The notes beneath the pieces were generated by a model. It was not told the DNA's origin. It did not search any database and saw only the letters and a list, made by a program, of their open reading frames with translations. The translations under genes were made by a program, and so were the position numbers. This document shows positions 41,253 to 59,872 of a stretch of DNA of 64,000 bases, piece after piece. This stretch comes from the human T2T-CHM13v2.0 reference genome, Homo sapiens, in assembly GCF_009914755.1 (NCBI RefSeq), contig NC_060926.1; one strand, given 5' to 3'. The first letter of the stretch is position 1; each line of letters opens with the position of its first letter.

Positions 41253-42510
41253 AAAACTGGGGCTCAGGAGATGAAGGCACTGGTGGAAGATCCAATAAGT
41301 GATAAGTAGCCGAATCAGGATGGAAACCGAGGCGATTGTGCTTCCCAAGGCCCCTGCTTTCTCCACAGCACACTTCTGCAAACACATAGATCCCAGAGAT
41401 GTGTGTCTTGTACTTTGTACAGTAATCAGTCAACAAGTGTTTATTTAAGACTGACAGATGGGGAAGAATGCTATGCCAGGTGTGCAGGATATTGTTCCCT
41501 CCTTAGTGGCTTACACTCTAGGATGACATGCAAAAGCCTGTGATAGGTGAACAAGCAGTGAAATAGCAAAGAAACAAACAAACAAAAATCAAAATAGCTT
41601 CAGGATTAATTTGTGAGTGAGCCTAGATCCAATCAGCATTTAAATTCATAAAAGCTTTAACCTTGGCTGGAGGAGTGTCAGGCAGCAGCTTGGACATAGG
41701 TGAGGCATATTTTGAGCTGAGGGCAAGTGGGCCTTCCTAGACTTCCTAGAATCACACTTATAATTTGCCCAGGATTTAAATCTTATTGTTTTCTAACTTT
41801 TCCAGGCAGCAGTGAGGATGCCAGAGTTCATGGGTTTCTAGAAGACAAGTTTTCAACTGCAGATACAAACATCAGGACGTCAATGTATCTGCTAGGAGAC
41901 ACCCGGACAGTGTTGAGAACACAGAACCTGGAGGCTAAACCCCCAGCTTTCTATGCCAGCTGAGAGTCTGTGGGCACATTACTCAGCGTCTCTGAACCTC
42001 ATGCTCCTCCCCTGTGACATGTAGATTGCTAAACCCATCTCACAGGGCTATCTTCTGCATTTAAAGAATAAAATAACACATGAGGGGTCTATCAATGTTT
42101 CTGACCTATTTATTTATTGTTAATCCTTTCTCTACACCGAATACTCTAACTAACCTTTTGGATTCTCACTTAATGAGAAAAAGCAAAATTAACTTGAGCA
42201 GCTTTGCTATGAACATTTGCAAGTAGTTTCAGGTGGGAATTTGCCTTCATGGAGAAGAGTGAGTGGATCTACATGGCACAAACTATTTCTTGACAACTCA
42301 AAAGTCATTCCCAATCTCCTTTCCCCTCAGGACCTCTTGCTCAGAGGCCAGAGCACCAAACGCTTGCTTGTACGGACCATGCAAGTCACTTCCGCCCCAT
42401 CCATTCTCTCATGCTTCTATGCATTACTCAACAGAGAGTATGAGGACATTTAGTATGTGCCAGGCACTATTTTGGTCACAGAGGAGACAGACAGAAAGGA
42501 GAAATAGGTA

Positions 42511-42858
42511 CAGTCATGCTCCACATGAAGATGTTTTGGACAATGACAGATGGCATATACAATGGTGATCCCATAAGATTAGAAGCCCATATTTTTACTG
42601 TACTTTTTCTATGTTAGAATATGTTTAGATACAGAAACACTTACCATTGTGTTAAAATTGCCTATAGTATTCAGTACAGTAGCCTGCTGAATAGGTCTGT
42701 AGCCCAGGAGCAATAGGCCATACCATATAGCCTAGGTGTGTGCATGGTAGGCTATACCATCTAGGTTAGTGTAAGTAAAATCTAAGATGTCCACATAATG
42801 ATGAAATTGGCTAACCACATATTTCTCAGAACATGTCCCTGTTAAGTGACACATGACT
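42511..42858 (+). mobile_element. Tigger3a-like (TcMar-Tigger) element
   Basis: Terminal inverted repeats cagtcatg...catgacta with TA flanks; internal ggagcaataggccataccatatagcctagg. Confidence 0.85.
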
Positions 42859-45354
42859 ATATATGCGTTAGATAATGCTATGAAAAATAAAGCATAGAAG
42901 GGATGGGGGAAGGGAAGTTGGAATGATGAATAGGAGGGTCAGGGATGGTCTCACAGCAAAGCTGAAATGTGAGCAAAGGCTGAAGGAGGTGAGGGGGTAA
43001 ACTGGGAGGTTACAGGTGGACATCATGCCAGACAGAGAGAATAGCAAGTGCAAAAGCCTACTTAGGGAGCGTGCCTGGCCTGCGATAAAGCAGTGGGAGC
43101 CCGGGCTGGAATGTGCAATAGGAAGAGACAGGAATATGCAGCAGGGGTGAAGTCAGTGCAGAGACGGGGCGGCCAGATCACGCAGTCCTCCTAAGCCCCT
43201 CCGAGGAGCCTGGACTTTACTCTTGAGTATGGTGGGAAGCTGTTGGAGGGTTTGGAGCAGAGGACTGGCACGGTCCCACTTTTCCTTCAATGTGCTCACT
43301 GTGGTTGCTGTATGGAGAATAGACAGAATCAGGGAAGGGAAGAAGGTGGGAGCCATCCTAGGCACTGGCTCATATGATGGCACCTAGGACCAAGGGTGGT
43401 AGTGGAGGTAAGCAGACATCAGCAGGAGGCTTCTCGAAAAGTTTTTGATTTCCTAATAAAAAGAGACAGACTGTGCTGAAATGGCCCTTCCGCCTTTCCT
43501 CTTCTTCATGGCCATGACACTCTGACTTGCAGCAGCCATTTTTGGCTAAAACACATGTAGAGACATCATCCAGATATCGTTGAACCATGTCATCCAGGTA
43601 TCATTGAACCTCCGAACAAAGGGCAGTGACTGCCTAGCTGCAGAGTTGTTCTTTTGTGAATGAACAAACTCCTGCCTGGGAATGCTCTGCAGTCAGGCTT
43701 TCTGTGGCTTGCAGCTGAATGCATCATCTTCAGTGAAACCATGCTCTCAAAGACTCCCCGCTCTCCTGAACCCCTTCACCAAGACCACACCAACAAGAAA
43801 GGCCAGATTCGAAGCTGCCCATGAGGTACTCCAAAAAGCAAAAGGCCCCTGTGTGACTGCAGGGGGAGGGGATCTCAAACACATTCTCTCTTAATCCCCA
43901 TTCATCTGAGCTAATCTCCAAATGGACAAAGTAATCAATTTAAGTAATAAATATGGCTTATTCCAAGGGCTGAATAAATGGCTGGAACAATTCCCCAAAC
44001 TGTGGTTTCCATTGAATAATTGAAATTATGCAAGGGTATGGAAATTTTTCAACAAATAAAACATGTCTGAAAATCTATTAAAGATATGTCTGCAAAAATC
44101 ATTTGAAAAGGCCCAACTCAGCAATAAAAAATAAATTACATTTCCATTCTTGCTGTTGCTCCCTTTGGGAAAGAGCCCATTACAATCCAGTTCGTGGACA
44201 AATGAAACAGGCACATTTCGGAATAAACGACTCCCCATGTTCTAACCAGGAGGTTTAGACCACGAGATAATGATTCTACACTGAAAATAGCAAAACATCC
44301 CTTCCCTTCTTGTTGCTCCGATAATATATCTGCTGTTGTGTCTCATCAGTGGGGCTTTTGGAATCTGAGTTTTCTACCTGTGAATTTGAGTGACAGACAG
44401 CTTTGCTCAGAGATGTTAGAGCTCGTGTGGGCCAAGTAGACCAGCCCTATAGGGACCAAAGAGTTCATTGGAATCTCTTATTTGTGTTTTCGTCTTATCC
44501 TGAGCAACAGGGCTCAGAGGAGAAAGGCTCTCCAAAGGCTACACTGGAAAGTTGACCAAAGGAATGTAATTTTTGAACTGTGAGTTTAAAGGCCTTCTGG
44601 GTAATTTGTTTCCAATGTGATGCAGCTTTGTGAGTTGGCTTCAAAAGTTGGTTGAGTTTGTGGCTCCATCAGCCTCCTACACTGTCCTCTTCATATTGGG
44701 TTCAAAGCTGCTTCCTTGACTCCTCTTCAAATAAAGACCACATAGCTTAAAGTCATAATCTTTTTTGCTTCTGTTTCTTCTCGTTGGTTTTTATTTTTGC
44801 TCTGAGAGCTGGCCTGCATTTTGCTAAATGCCTTGGGCAAGGCATGATTTGTGGCTTCCCCTCTCCAGATGGGCATCAGCATTTAGACGCTGCACATTTG
44901 TGCTGGATTGGGCTGGCCATCCATATTTACCTGCAAGCAGAGGTGATTCATTCTCTGGGAAACTTGGCATGGAGAAGAGACATAACTTCTCCTCACAAGA
45001 AGTCCAGACCTCCTCTCTACTGGGAAATAGCAGAGCCATGACTGCATTGCTTACAGAAAGCCAGTTGCCTCTAGCCCCAAATTAAAAAAAAAAAAATCAT
45101 TTGCCCACATGAATGGCCTGCTGCATGGAAGGCAGGCTGTTCAGTGGGGGTGAGATGATAACTAGCGGTTGAAGTAGGGCTGCTTCCTCCAAATACAGAG
45201 AAAACTACAGCTGTGCTACTAGTGTTTATCTTGTAAGCAAGGGAAGTGGATCTCTTAAACAAGACCAAGGCTCTTGCTGGGCATGGGAAGGAAGGTGGAG
45301 AATGGTTGTCTTTTTTCTTCCATGGTGAGAGCAAGCCTACTGAAGATTAGAAAC

Positions 45355-46263
<909 letters not shown>

Positions 46264-46720
46264 GAGTTGTGAGCACTTTCTATCTGCCGGACACAGAGCC
46301 CAAAGACTTTATATATTTTAATTCATTCACTCAACAAAGCAATGTCATGAGGAACCTGCTCTTATTAGCCCCATTTTACAGGTGAGGAAAAGAAAGCTTA
46401 GGGAAGGCAAGTGCCCTGCTCTGGGTCCCCAGGTAGCAAGGAGGGTGGAAAGATTTGGAGGCAGGCAGTCAAAGCCATCAGTCAGCCTGTACAGGACTGC
46501 TTTAAGGGCTGCCAGCATGGCTTCTGTAGATGCTCAAGGTGTGTAGAATTGAGTTTCTATTTCTTAGTGACCTGAAATCTGCTCTTTTACTCAGGTGTGA
46601 GCACCTTCTCCCTTAAATTCTCTCTCGCTGCCTCTTCCTCAATCGCCCCTTTATAATCCAATAAAAGGACTAGCAATGGCTACCCTGAAAGGGGAAGTTG
46701 CTTTGGGAACTTTCGGCTTA

Positions 46721-47234
46721 CAGTAGTTCTCTTTTATTCACAGGGGATCTTTCCCAAGACTGTCAGTAAATGCCTGAAATTGCACCGAACCCTATATATA
46801 CCCTCTTTTTTCCTATACATATATATCTATGATAAAGATTAATTTATAAATTAGGCACAGTAAGAGATTAACAATAATAACAAAATAGAACAATTATAAC
46901 AATAAGCCAGCATCAATACTCTTGTGCTTAAGGCCATTATTAAGTAAAATAAGGATCACTTGAACACAACCACTGTGATACTTGGACAGTCAATTCGATA
47001 ATTGAGACAGCTATTAAATGACTAAGGGGTGGATGGCACAGACAGTGTGGAAATGCTGGGCAAAAAAAGGATTCCCATCCCTGGCAGGATGGAGGAAGAC
47101 AGCCTGAGATTTCATCGTGCTACTCAGAAGGGCATTCAATTTAAAACCTATGCATTGCTTATTTCCAGGATTTTTCACTTAATGTTTTTGCTTGACCGTG
47201 GGTAACTGAAACCGCACATGAGGGGGGACTCCTG
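46721..47234 (+). mobile_element. MER44-like (TcMar-Tigger) element
   Basis: cagtagttctc...ggggggactcctg terminal inverted repeats; internal aatttataaattaggcacagtaagagattaac. Confidence 0.8.
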
Positions 47235-47979
47235 CGCTTGTAGTGGAGCAGTGGCAGGCTGCACAGCTGACCTTGGCAGCCCTGGACCCTGGGACAGTCC
47301 ATCAGCCTCACTGATTTTTCTCCCCTCAGTGGCAACCTGAAAGTAGCTTCACCTGTGGCTTGAATAGCATCCGGTAATTTCACTGTGGATTGTTGAGTTC
47401 ACTGGCATGGCTGGAGGGGATAGCAGTAGAAGCATCTGTCAGAAGCAAGGCAGAAGCAAGAGAACCAGTAGGGAATACAAGGGACCATTTGCCAGTGCCC
47501 TGCTGCCACAATATCTGGTCTCCCAGGGTAGTCGGGCTGTTGACTGGGAAGATAACTGAGATTAATGTGACTTCTGGACCCCAGGAGGGTCTCTTTCCCT
47601 ACCATCCATGTGCCCCATTCCTATCCTGATTTTTGAAATGTTATAATTAAACATTTTCATTTAAGGCTCCTTATCTTAAAAATCAATGGTGGATTAGCCA
47701 ATAAAATGAAAGAAAGGAGAAAAGATTTTTTTTCTCTTTTTTATTTTTTATTTATTTTATTTTATTTTATTATTATTACACTTTAAGTTTTAGGGTACAT
47801 GTGCACATTGTGCAGGTTAGTTACATATGTATACATGTGCCAGTCTGGTGTGCTGCACCCATTACCTCGTCATTTAGCATTAGGTATATCTCCTAATGCT
47901 ATCCCTCCCCCGACCCCTCACCCCAAAACAGTCCCCAGAGTGTGATGTTCCCCTTCCTGTGTCCATGTGTTCTCATTGT

Positions 47980-51801
<3,822 letters not shown>

Positions 51802-51864
51802 TATGATGTTAGCTGGCTATTTTGCTCGTTAGTTGATGCAGTTTCTTCCTAGTCTCGATGGTCT

Positions 51865-52881
51865 TTACATTTTGGCATGATTTTGCAGCGGCTGGTACCG
51901 GTTGTTCATTTCCATGTTTAGTGCTCCCTTCAGGAGCTCTTTTAGGGCAGGCCTGGTGGTGACAACATCTCTCAGCATTTGCTTGTCTGTAAAGTATTTT
52001 ATTTCTCCTTCACTTATGAAACTTAGTTTGGCTGGATATGAAATTCTGGGTTGAAAATTCTTTTCTTTAAGAATGTTGAATATTGGCCCCCACTCTCTTC
52101 TGGCTTGTAGAGTTTCTGCTGAGAGATCCGCTGTTAGTCTGATGGGCTTCCCTTTGTGGGTAACCCGACCCTTCTCTCTGGCTGCCCTTAACATTTTTTC
52201 CTTCATTTCAACTTTGGTGAATCTGACAATTATGTGTCTTGGAGTTGCTCTTCTTGAGGAGTATCTTTGTGGCGTTCTCTGTATTTCCTAAATCTGAATG
52301 TTGGCCTGCCTTGCTAGACTGGGGAAGTTCTCCTGGATAATGTCCTGCAGAGTGTTTTCCAACTTGGTTCCATTCTTCTCGTCACTTTCAGATACACCAA
52401 TCAGACGTAGATTTGGTCTTTTCACATAGTCCCATATTTCTTGGAGGCTTTGTTCATTTCTTTTTATTCTTTTTTCTCTAAACTTCCCTTCTCGCTTCAT
52501 TTCATTCATTTCATCTTCCATCACTGATACCCTTTCTTCCAGTTGATCGCATCGGCTCCTGAGGCTTCTGCATTCTTCACGTAGTTCTCGAGCCTTGGCT
52601 TTCAGCTCCATCAGCTCCTTTAAGCACTTCTCTGTATTGGTTATTCTAGTTATACATTCATCTAAATTTTTTTCAAAGTTTTTAACTTCTTTGCTTTTGG
52701 TTTGAATTTCCTCCTGTAGCTCGGAGTAGTTTGATCGTCTGAAGCCTTCTTCTCTCAACTCATCAAAGTCATTCTCTGTCCAGCTTTGTTCCATTGCTGG
52801 TGAGGAACTGTGTTCCTTTGGAGGAGGAGAGGTGCTCTGCTTTTTAGAGTTTCCAGTTTTTCTGCTCTGTTTTGTCCCCAT
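51865..52881 (-). pseudogene. L1 ORF1 with one premature stop
   Basis: 1017-bp frame MGTKQSRK...QNHAKM; in-frame TAG at 52288-52290; the two ORF-track pieces are in the same frame. Confidence 0.95.
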
Positions 52882-53462
52882 CTTTGTGGTTTTATCTACT
52901 TTTGGTCTTTGATGATGGTGATGTACAGATGGGTTTTTGGTGTGGATGTCCTTTCTGTTTGTTAGTTTTCCTTCTAACAGACAGGACCCTCAGCTGCAGG
53001 TCTGTTGGAGTTTGCTAGAGGTCCACTCCAGACCCTGTTTGGCCTGGGTATCAGCAGCGGTGTCTGCAGAACCGCAGATTTTCATGAACGGCAAATGCTG
53101 CTGTCTGATCGTTCCTCTGGAAGTTTTGTCTCAGAGGAGTACCCGGCCCTGTGAAGTGTCAGTCTGCCCCTACTGGGGGGTGCCTCCCAGTTAGGCTGGT
53201 CGGGGGTCAGGGGTCAGGGACCCACTTGAGGAGGCAGTCTGCCTGTTCTCAGATCTCCAGCTGCGTGCTGGGAGAACCACTGCTCTCTTCAAAGCTGTCA
53301 GACAGGGACATTTAAGTCTGCAGAGATTACTGCTGTCTTTTTGTCTGTGCCCTGCCCCCCAGAGGTAGAGCCTAGAGAGGCAGGCAGGCCTCCTTGAGCT
53401 GTGGTGGGCTCCACCCAGTTCGAGCTTCCCACCTCCTTTGTTTACCTAAGCAAGTCTGGGCA

Positions 53463-53954
53463 ATGGCGGGTGCCCGTCCCCCAGCCTTGCTGCCGCCTTG
53501 CAGTTTGACCTCAGACTGCTGTGCTAGCAATCAGCGAGACTCTGTGGGCGTAGGACCCTCTGAGCCAGGTGCAGGATATAATCTCCTGGTGCACCATTTT
53601 TTAAGCCTGTTGGAAAAGTGCAGTATTAGGGTGGGAGTGACCCAATTTTCCAGGTGCCGTCTGTCACCCCCTTCTTTGACTAGGAAAGGGAACTCCCTGA
53701 CCCCTTGTGCTTTCCGAGTGAGGCAATGCCTCGCCCTGCTTTGGCTTGCACATGGTGCGCTGCACCCACTGTTCTGCGCCCACTGTCTGGCACTCCCTAG
53801 TGAGATGAACCCAGTACCTCAGATGGAAATGCAGAAATCACCAGTCTTCTGTGTCGCTCACGCTGGGAGCTGTAGACCAGAGCTATTCCTATTCGGCCAA
53901 TTTGGCTGCCCTCTGAAAAGTTTTATTTTAATGAGAAGATTCAGACTTTTGTAA
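53463..53954 (+). CDS. L1 antisense ORF0, open and C-terminally extended (163 aa); expression unknown
   Basis: ATG at 53463 gives MAGARPPALLPPCSLTSDCCASNQRDSVGVGPSEPG, matching the ORF0 N-terminus. Confidence 0.55.
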   Translation: MAGARPPALLPPCSLTSDCCASNQRDSVGVGPSEPGAGYNLLVHHFLSLLEKCSIRVGVTQFSRCRLSPPSLTRKGNSLTPCAFRVRQCLALLWLAHGALHPLFCAHCLALPSEMNPVPQMEMQKSPVFCVAHAGSCRPELFLFGQFGCPLKSFILMRRFRLL

Positions 53955-54220
53955 TCAGAAAATCTATAAGGAACTCATTTATATTACACCATACATGTAA
54001 GCTATGTGTAATTTCAAAAAATAACGTTATATTTTGAGTTACATACATAAGCACCTGTGGAATGCCAAGGTCTTTTTATAGCTTTTAGTGTCTATTAGTG
54101 CTTTAGGTCTTAATATGGGCCTAGTTAAAATATAAGCACTCTTGAAAGATCACAACTTTCCATTAGTTTTCTATTGCTATGTAACAAATTACTACATATT
54201 TAGTGGTTTAAAACTGCCCA

Positions 54221-54736
<516 letters not shown>

Positions 54737-55001
54737 TCATTAATGACAAGGAAGTGTGACAAAAGGAATGAGAATGGCTCAAGAAAATGGAAACCTATGG
54801 AATAGCTACTGCTAATGGATCCCTTAGGGTTGCCTTGGTGTATGAAAAGAACTTTCAAATTGTAGTTTATGTCAGAGAAGAAGCAGGCCAGGAGTGGCCA
54901 AACTTGTGTCTCACAAGTTAATTCATTCAGGCACTCTTATCCTCAAGCATCAGGAAAAAAACTCCGTAACACACAAGTTTCAAAAATTAAAATAAAACCC
55001 A

Positions 55002-55342
<341 letters not shown>

Positions 55343-55369
55343 TTATATTTAGGAGCAGAGAGTGAGAAA

Positions 55370-55697
55370 GACAGTATTTCCTCCTGTCCTCCTTTAGACA
55401 CAGTAGGATTGTACTTCTCCCCTCTGAAGATGGACATTCTATGTGATTTTTCTGTTCAGTGGAATGTGAGTGGAGGAGGGGCAGGTCACTTCTGGTTGGA
55501 AGTATTTGAGAGCTGGTCCTGGTGTGTGCTTCTCTTCCCTCCTGCAGTGACCATGCAAGTAGGTGTTGTCTGGAAGGTGCAAGAACTTAGGTTATACTTT
55601 GCACGACTGAGACATAAACCATTGTTATTTTAAAGCTTCTAAGACTTGGGGGATGTTTGTTACTGCAGCATAACCCAGCATATCCTGACTGATACAG
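55370..55697 (+). mobile_element. Old MaLR LTR (MLT1I/J-like)
   Basis: End tttgttactgcagcataacccagcatatcctgactgataca. Confidence 0.6.
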
Positions 55698-56479
55698 CAA
55701 GAAACAGACCACACAGTTGACAAATAGCAGAGATTATGATCTAGAGAAATATCAGTTTTTGGAAGAGGAATTTAAAAAAAAACTCTGATAATCCAAATTC
55801 CCGGACAAACTATTCAGATTTTGTTTTTCTGCTCCCTCCCAGGCTTGAGAGAGTTGCTGAAATGTTAGAAAGCAAATAGCAGAGATCTGAAAGAGACGGA
55901 AAATCAGTTTGGATTCACAGATTGAATTGCCAACCTCTGGCCAACTGAGAGTTGCCAGTTTGCAAGCTTGATTTTCTTAGGATACACCTTTTACAATATC
56001 TTCTAAAATCTTCTCCTGATCTGCTTGTTTTAGTTCTGATGGGCTGCATGCAGTAAAGACATTGGAGTCCTGTCTTTAAACTAAATAATTTAGGATTTCT
56101 TTTTACGCTGTTGCTATGTTTGGGCCAATGTGTTTCACCTGCTTTCTTAAAAAACTTTTCCTGCTGCTTCTGACTCAGATCGATTTCCTGGAATATTCCT
56201 CTGAGCTAACTCTTTGTTCTCTCTCTTTCTTTCCTTCCTCAAGAGGAGGCTCTGTTACAAGTCAAACATCAATCCCCAAATCTAAAATTTAAGTCTTCCC
56301 CCTACTGAAATTGAGCCTACATTAGTTTTCTCAATACCTCCCATCCCATGAGATGGTCATTCTCAAATCCCAGAAGAGATAACATAAAGTTCAAAAGTAG
56401 GTATAAGTAAGCTTAGAAAAAAATAACCAACTTATTTGCTTGTTTATTTTTAAATCAGGTACTAAACAAACTCATTTTC

Positions 56480-56985
56480 TTTCCTTCTTCAAATTTGATT
56501 TTTAATCAGCAGTATACTCATGTGGTTCAAAATTAAAAAGATGTAAGTGAACATTTAGTAAAATGTCTCAGTCCCACCTCCTTCTCCCAGATTCCCAGTG
56601 CCTCTCTCCAATATGATTTATTATGTACTTTTAGGAATATATATTATGCATAAAGGATACATTTATATCTTTTATATAGCCCTTCTTTTCTCTCTTTTAT
56701 ACAGCTAGTATCATTCTATCCTTGTTGTTATGCTCCTTGTTGTTTTTGCTTAACAGTATATCTATCTTGTAGATCTTTCCACAGCAGTATATAAAGAGCT
56801 TCTTCAGCCCTTCAAATTCTGTTGAGTTCATTTAGTCAAATTTCATATTGATGGACATTTAGGTTGTTTTGAACTTTTGTTTTACAAACCCTGTTGCAGT
56901 AAATAATCTTTTTTCTAAGCCAGTTTGCATTTGTGTGAGTATATCTGTGGAAATAATTTCTGGAAGTAGAGTAGCTGGGCTGTTG
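56480..56985 (-). mobile_element. Old L1ME-like 3' fragment
   Basis: tattgatggacatttaggttgttt...tctggaagtagagtagctggg. Confidence 0.55.
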
Positions 56986-57250
56986 TGTTAGCTTAATGGT
57001 GAATTTAAGGCATGAATGGGTGAGACTTCAGTGTCTATGCTCAAAAATATACATATTCTCCCAAACCGCACTGGTCAAGCCTAGCATATATATTTGTTCA
57101 TAATTTCCAAGTGTTATCCTACCATACATCCACTAAATATTTATTTTGTGACTATTGTGTGCCAGGTGCTAAATAGGTGCTTGAGAGAAAGCAATAAAGA
57201 AAAGGTGTAAGAATGATGCATTACTAATGACTCATAAGGCAGGAGGGCAG

Positions 57251-57703
57251 TGTGATGATTAACTTTATGTGTCAACTTGGTCGGACTATGATGACCAATC
57301 GTTTAGTCAAACACTAGTCTAGATGTTGTATAAAGATATTTTTAAAGAAGTGATTCACATTCGCAATCAGCTGACTTTAGCAAAGCAGATTACCCATGAC
57401 CATGAGATTGGGCCTCATCCAATCAGTTGAAGGCCCAAACAAAGACTAAAGTTTCCCAAAGAATAACAAGGAATTTTCCTTACCACTGTAATATAGTAAC
57501 CCTGCTTGAGCCTCCAGCCTGCTGCCCTGCAGAATTTGTACTCAAGACATCAACTCTGACTTGAATTTCTAGCCTGCTGATCTGCCCTACAAATTTCAGG
57601 CTTGCCAGTGGCCACAACCCCTTGAGCCAATTCCTTAACATAAATAGTTCTCCCTGTATATATCCCATTGGCTCAGTTTCTTTGGAGAGCCCTGACTAAT
57701 ACA
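57251..57703 (+). mobile_element. ERVL solo LTR (MLT2-type)
   Basis: tgtgatgattaactttatgtgtcaacttg...ccctgactaataca; perfect TSD ggcag. Confidence 0.9.
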
Positions 57704-57966
57704 GGCAGGAATGATGACCTCCACCCAACAGATGAGCAAGCAGAGGCTGAGAGGGTCCATCCACATCCTCCTAGGAGCCCAGACTCTAAAACCAAAGCTC
57801 TTTCCGTTGCCTTGCCTTGCAATATTATTAAAACTCAAGATAGGATATTCACAGTGGTAATTCCATTACAGAATGTTAAGCATGTCTAATAAAGTGGCCA
57901 AGAGATGATTATAAATATTTCACTTTTTTACTTGATTTCTTATTGAAATGGAAAAGAAGCTAGTTC

Positions 57967-58360
57967 TTTATTTTATTTCATTTTATTTTAAGTTCTGGGA
58001 TACATGTGGTGAACTTGCAGGTTTTTTACATAGGTATACATGTGTCATGGTGGTTTGTTGCACCTATCAACCCATCATCTAGGTTTTAAGTCTCGCATGC
58101 ATTAGGTATTTGTCCTAATGCTCTCCCTCCTCTTTTCCCCACCCTCTGACAGGCCCCGGTGTGTGATGTTCCCCTCCCTGTGTCCATGTGTTCTCATTGT
58201 TCAACTCCCACTTATAAGTGAGAACATGCAATGTTTGGTTTTCTGATCCTGTGTTAGTTTGCTGAGGATGATGGTTTCCAGCTTCATTCATGTCCCTGCA
58301 AAGGACATGAATTTATTCTCTTTTATGACTGCATAGCATTCCTCACATAGTGTATATGTG
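57967..58360 (-). mobile_element. 5'-truncated L1PA (about PA7/8) 3' end
   Basis: ttttaagttctgggatacatgtg...cctgcaaaggacatga; TSD gctagttc. Confidence 0.9.
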
Positions 58361-59449
58361 AGGCTAGTTCCTTCTTATTACACAGTCACCATCTTGAACA
58401 TACTTTCCCCATCACTCCTCTTTTTAATGTCCTTTTCTAGGGTAGCAGATGTCTCTTGAAAGCCTTTGTCTTCTCCTTTCACTTCCTTATCCCTAAAAAC
58501 TATCACCTGAAGCTTGAAAATGTATTTTTTCTCTCTCTTCTCCCTTTTGTCCTGTTCAGAATCTCTATACTTGCAGACCTGAAGCTGACCTGGCTTGAAG
58601 GAATTCTTCCTTCTTAGAGGTCATAGTGAATAGTTACACATGATTCTTCATTGTTCTTGTTTTACAATAATATTTTCATTCCTATGAACTACAGTTATTG
58701 AGAATGCTTACACTAAACAAAAGTTTCTTAACTTTGAATCTTTTCACTGAGTTTCTTCAGTTCTATTTTGGGATTGAGCTTGGTGTGGATTAAAGTATTA
58801 TATAATCGCCAGGGGTTGGGGGATCAGAAGATCTGCTCCTATTGGATTCATCACCTTGGAAAAATCACTGAACACAAAGATTATTTAGTTGCTTGACCTG
58901 TAAAATAAGCAGGGATTAATTTCTGAGGCTAATTACTGAGAAGGTGATCTCTGAAGTGTCTGGCTTTGAAATTTTGAATAATTCTTTCTAGGCCTTAGGT
59001 GGAGGAGAGTGCTTGGCACCATCTGTGTTGCCTGAACAAGTCAACACCACTAAAGAAAGTTCCTTTTTCTAACATGATTTTTCAGTGCAAATGCAGAATG
59101 TTTGGTCTTATATTGAGTCATGAAACATGTCAAGGATGGTTTATCATCAGTCTATAACAAGCATAAAAACATTTTAACAGTTTTAAGGGATATTTCATTC
59201 GTCCTGCACTTCTCGATTGTCATAGCTTCCTTTTCTTCCTTCTTTCTTTCCTTCTCCTTTTGTTTAATCTTTTCCATGGCAACTACAACTTGTGATTCCT
59301 AACATTGGCTGACTTTACTGTAACATGTTCCCACACTGCATAACTTTTCATGAACTATTATGAAATATTTCCGTAACGACACGAAATATTCATGTGTACA
59401 TCAAGCTTCTACCTTGAGGTAACTTTTGTGTTTCAGTGTCTCCACGGAC

Positions 59450-59872
59450 TTTTTATTTTGGTGACAGATGTGTTGAGATAAAATTTACATATCTCACAAT
59501 TCACCCATCTGAAGGATATAATACAATGGCTGTTAGTATATTCCCAGAGCTTTTAACTATCACCACAATCAATTCTAGAATATTTTCGTCTCCCCCAAAA
59601 AGCCTCTATGCCCCTTAGCAGTCACTCTCCTTTCCTCATTCCCCAACCCCAAGCAACCACTGATCTACCATCCATGTCTGGATTTGCCTACACTGGACCT
59701 TTCATAGAAATGAAATCTTACCATATATGTTTCTTTGTCACTGGCTTCTTTCACTTAGCATGTTATTAATGTTCATCCATGTTGTAATACTCATCAGTAT
59801 TTCATTCCCACTTATGGCCAAATAATACTCTATTTTATGGATATAGCATATTTTGTTTTTCCTTTGATGGAC
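59450..59872 (-). mobile_element. L1MB-like 3' end
   Basis: ttgagataaaatttacata...ctggcttctttcacttagcat. Confidence 0.75.

Noticed and set aside
59359-59394. Small imperfect hairpin atgaaatatttccgt...acgaaatattcat
   Set aside because: Short, AT-rich and needs two bulges; compatible with chance.
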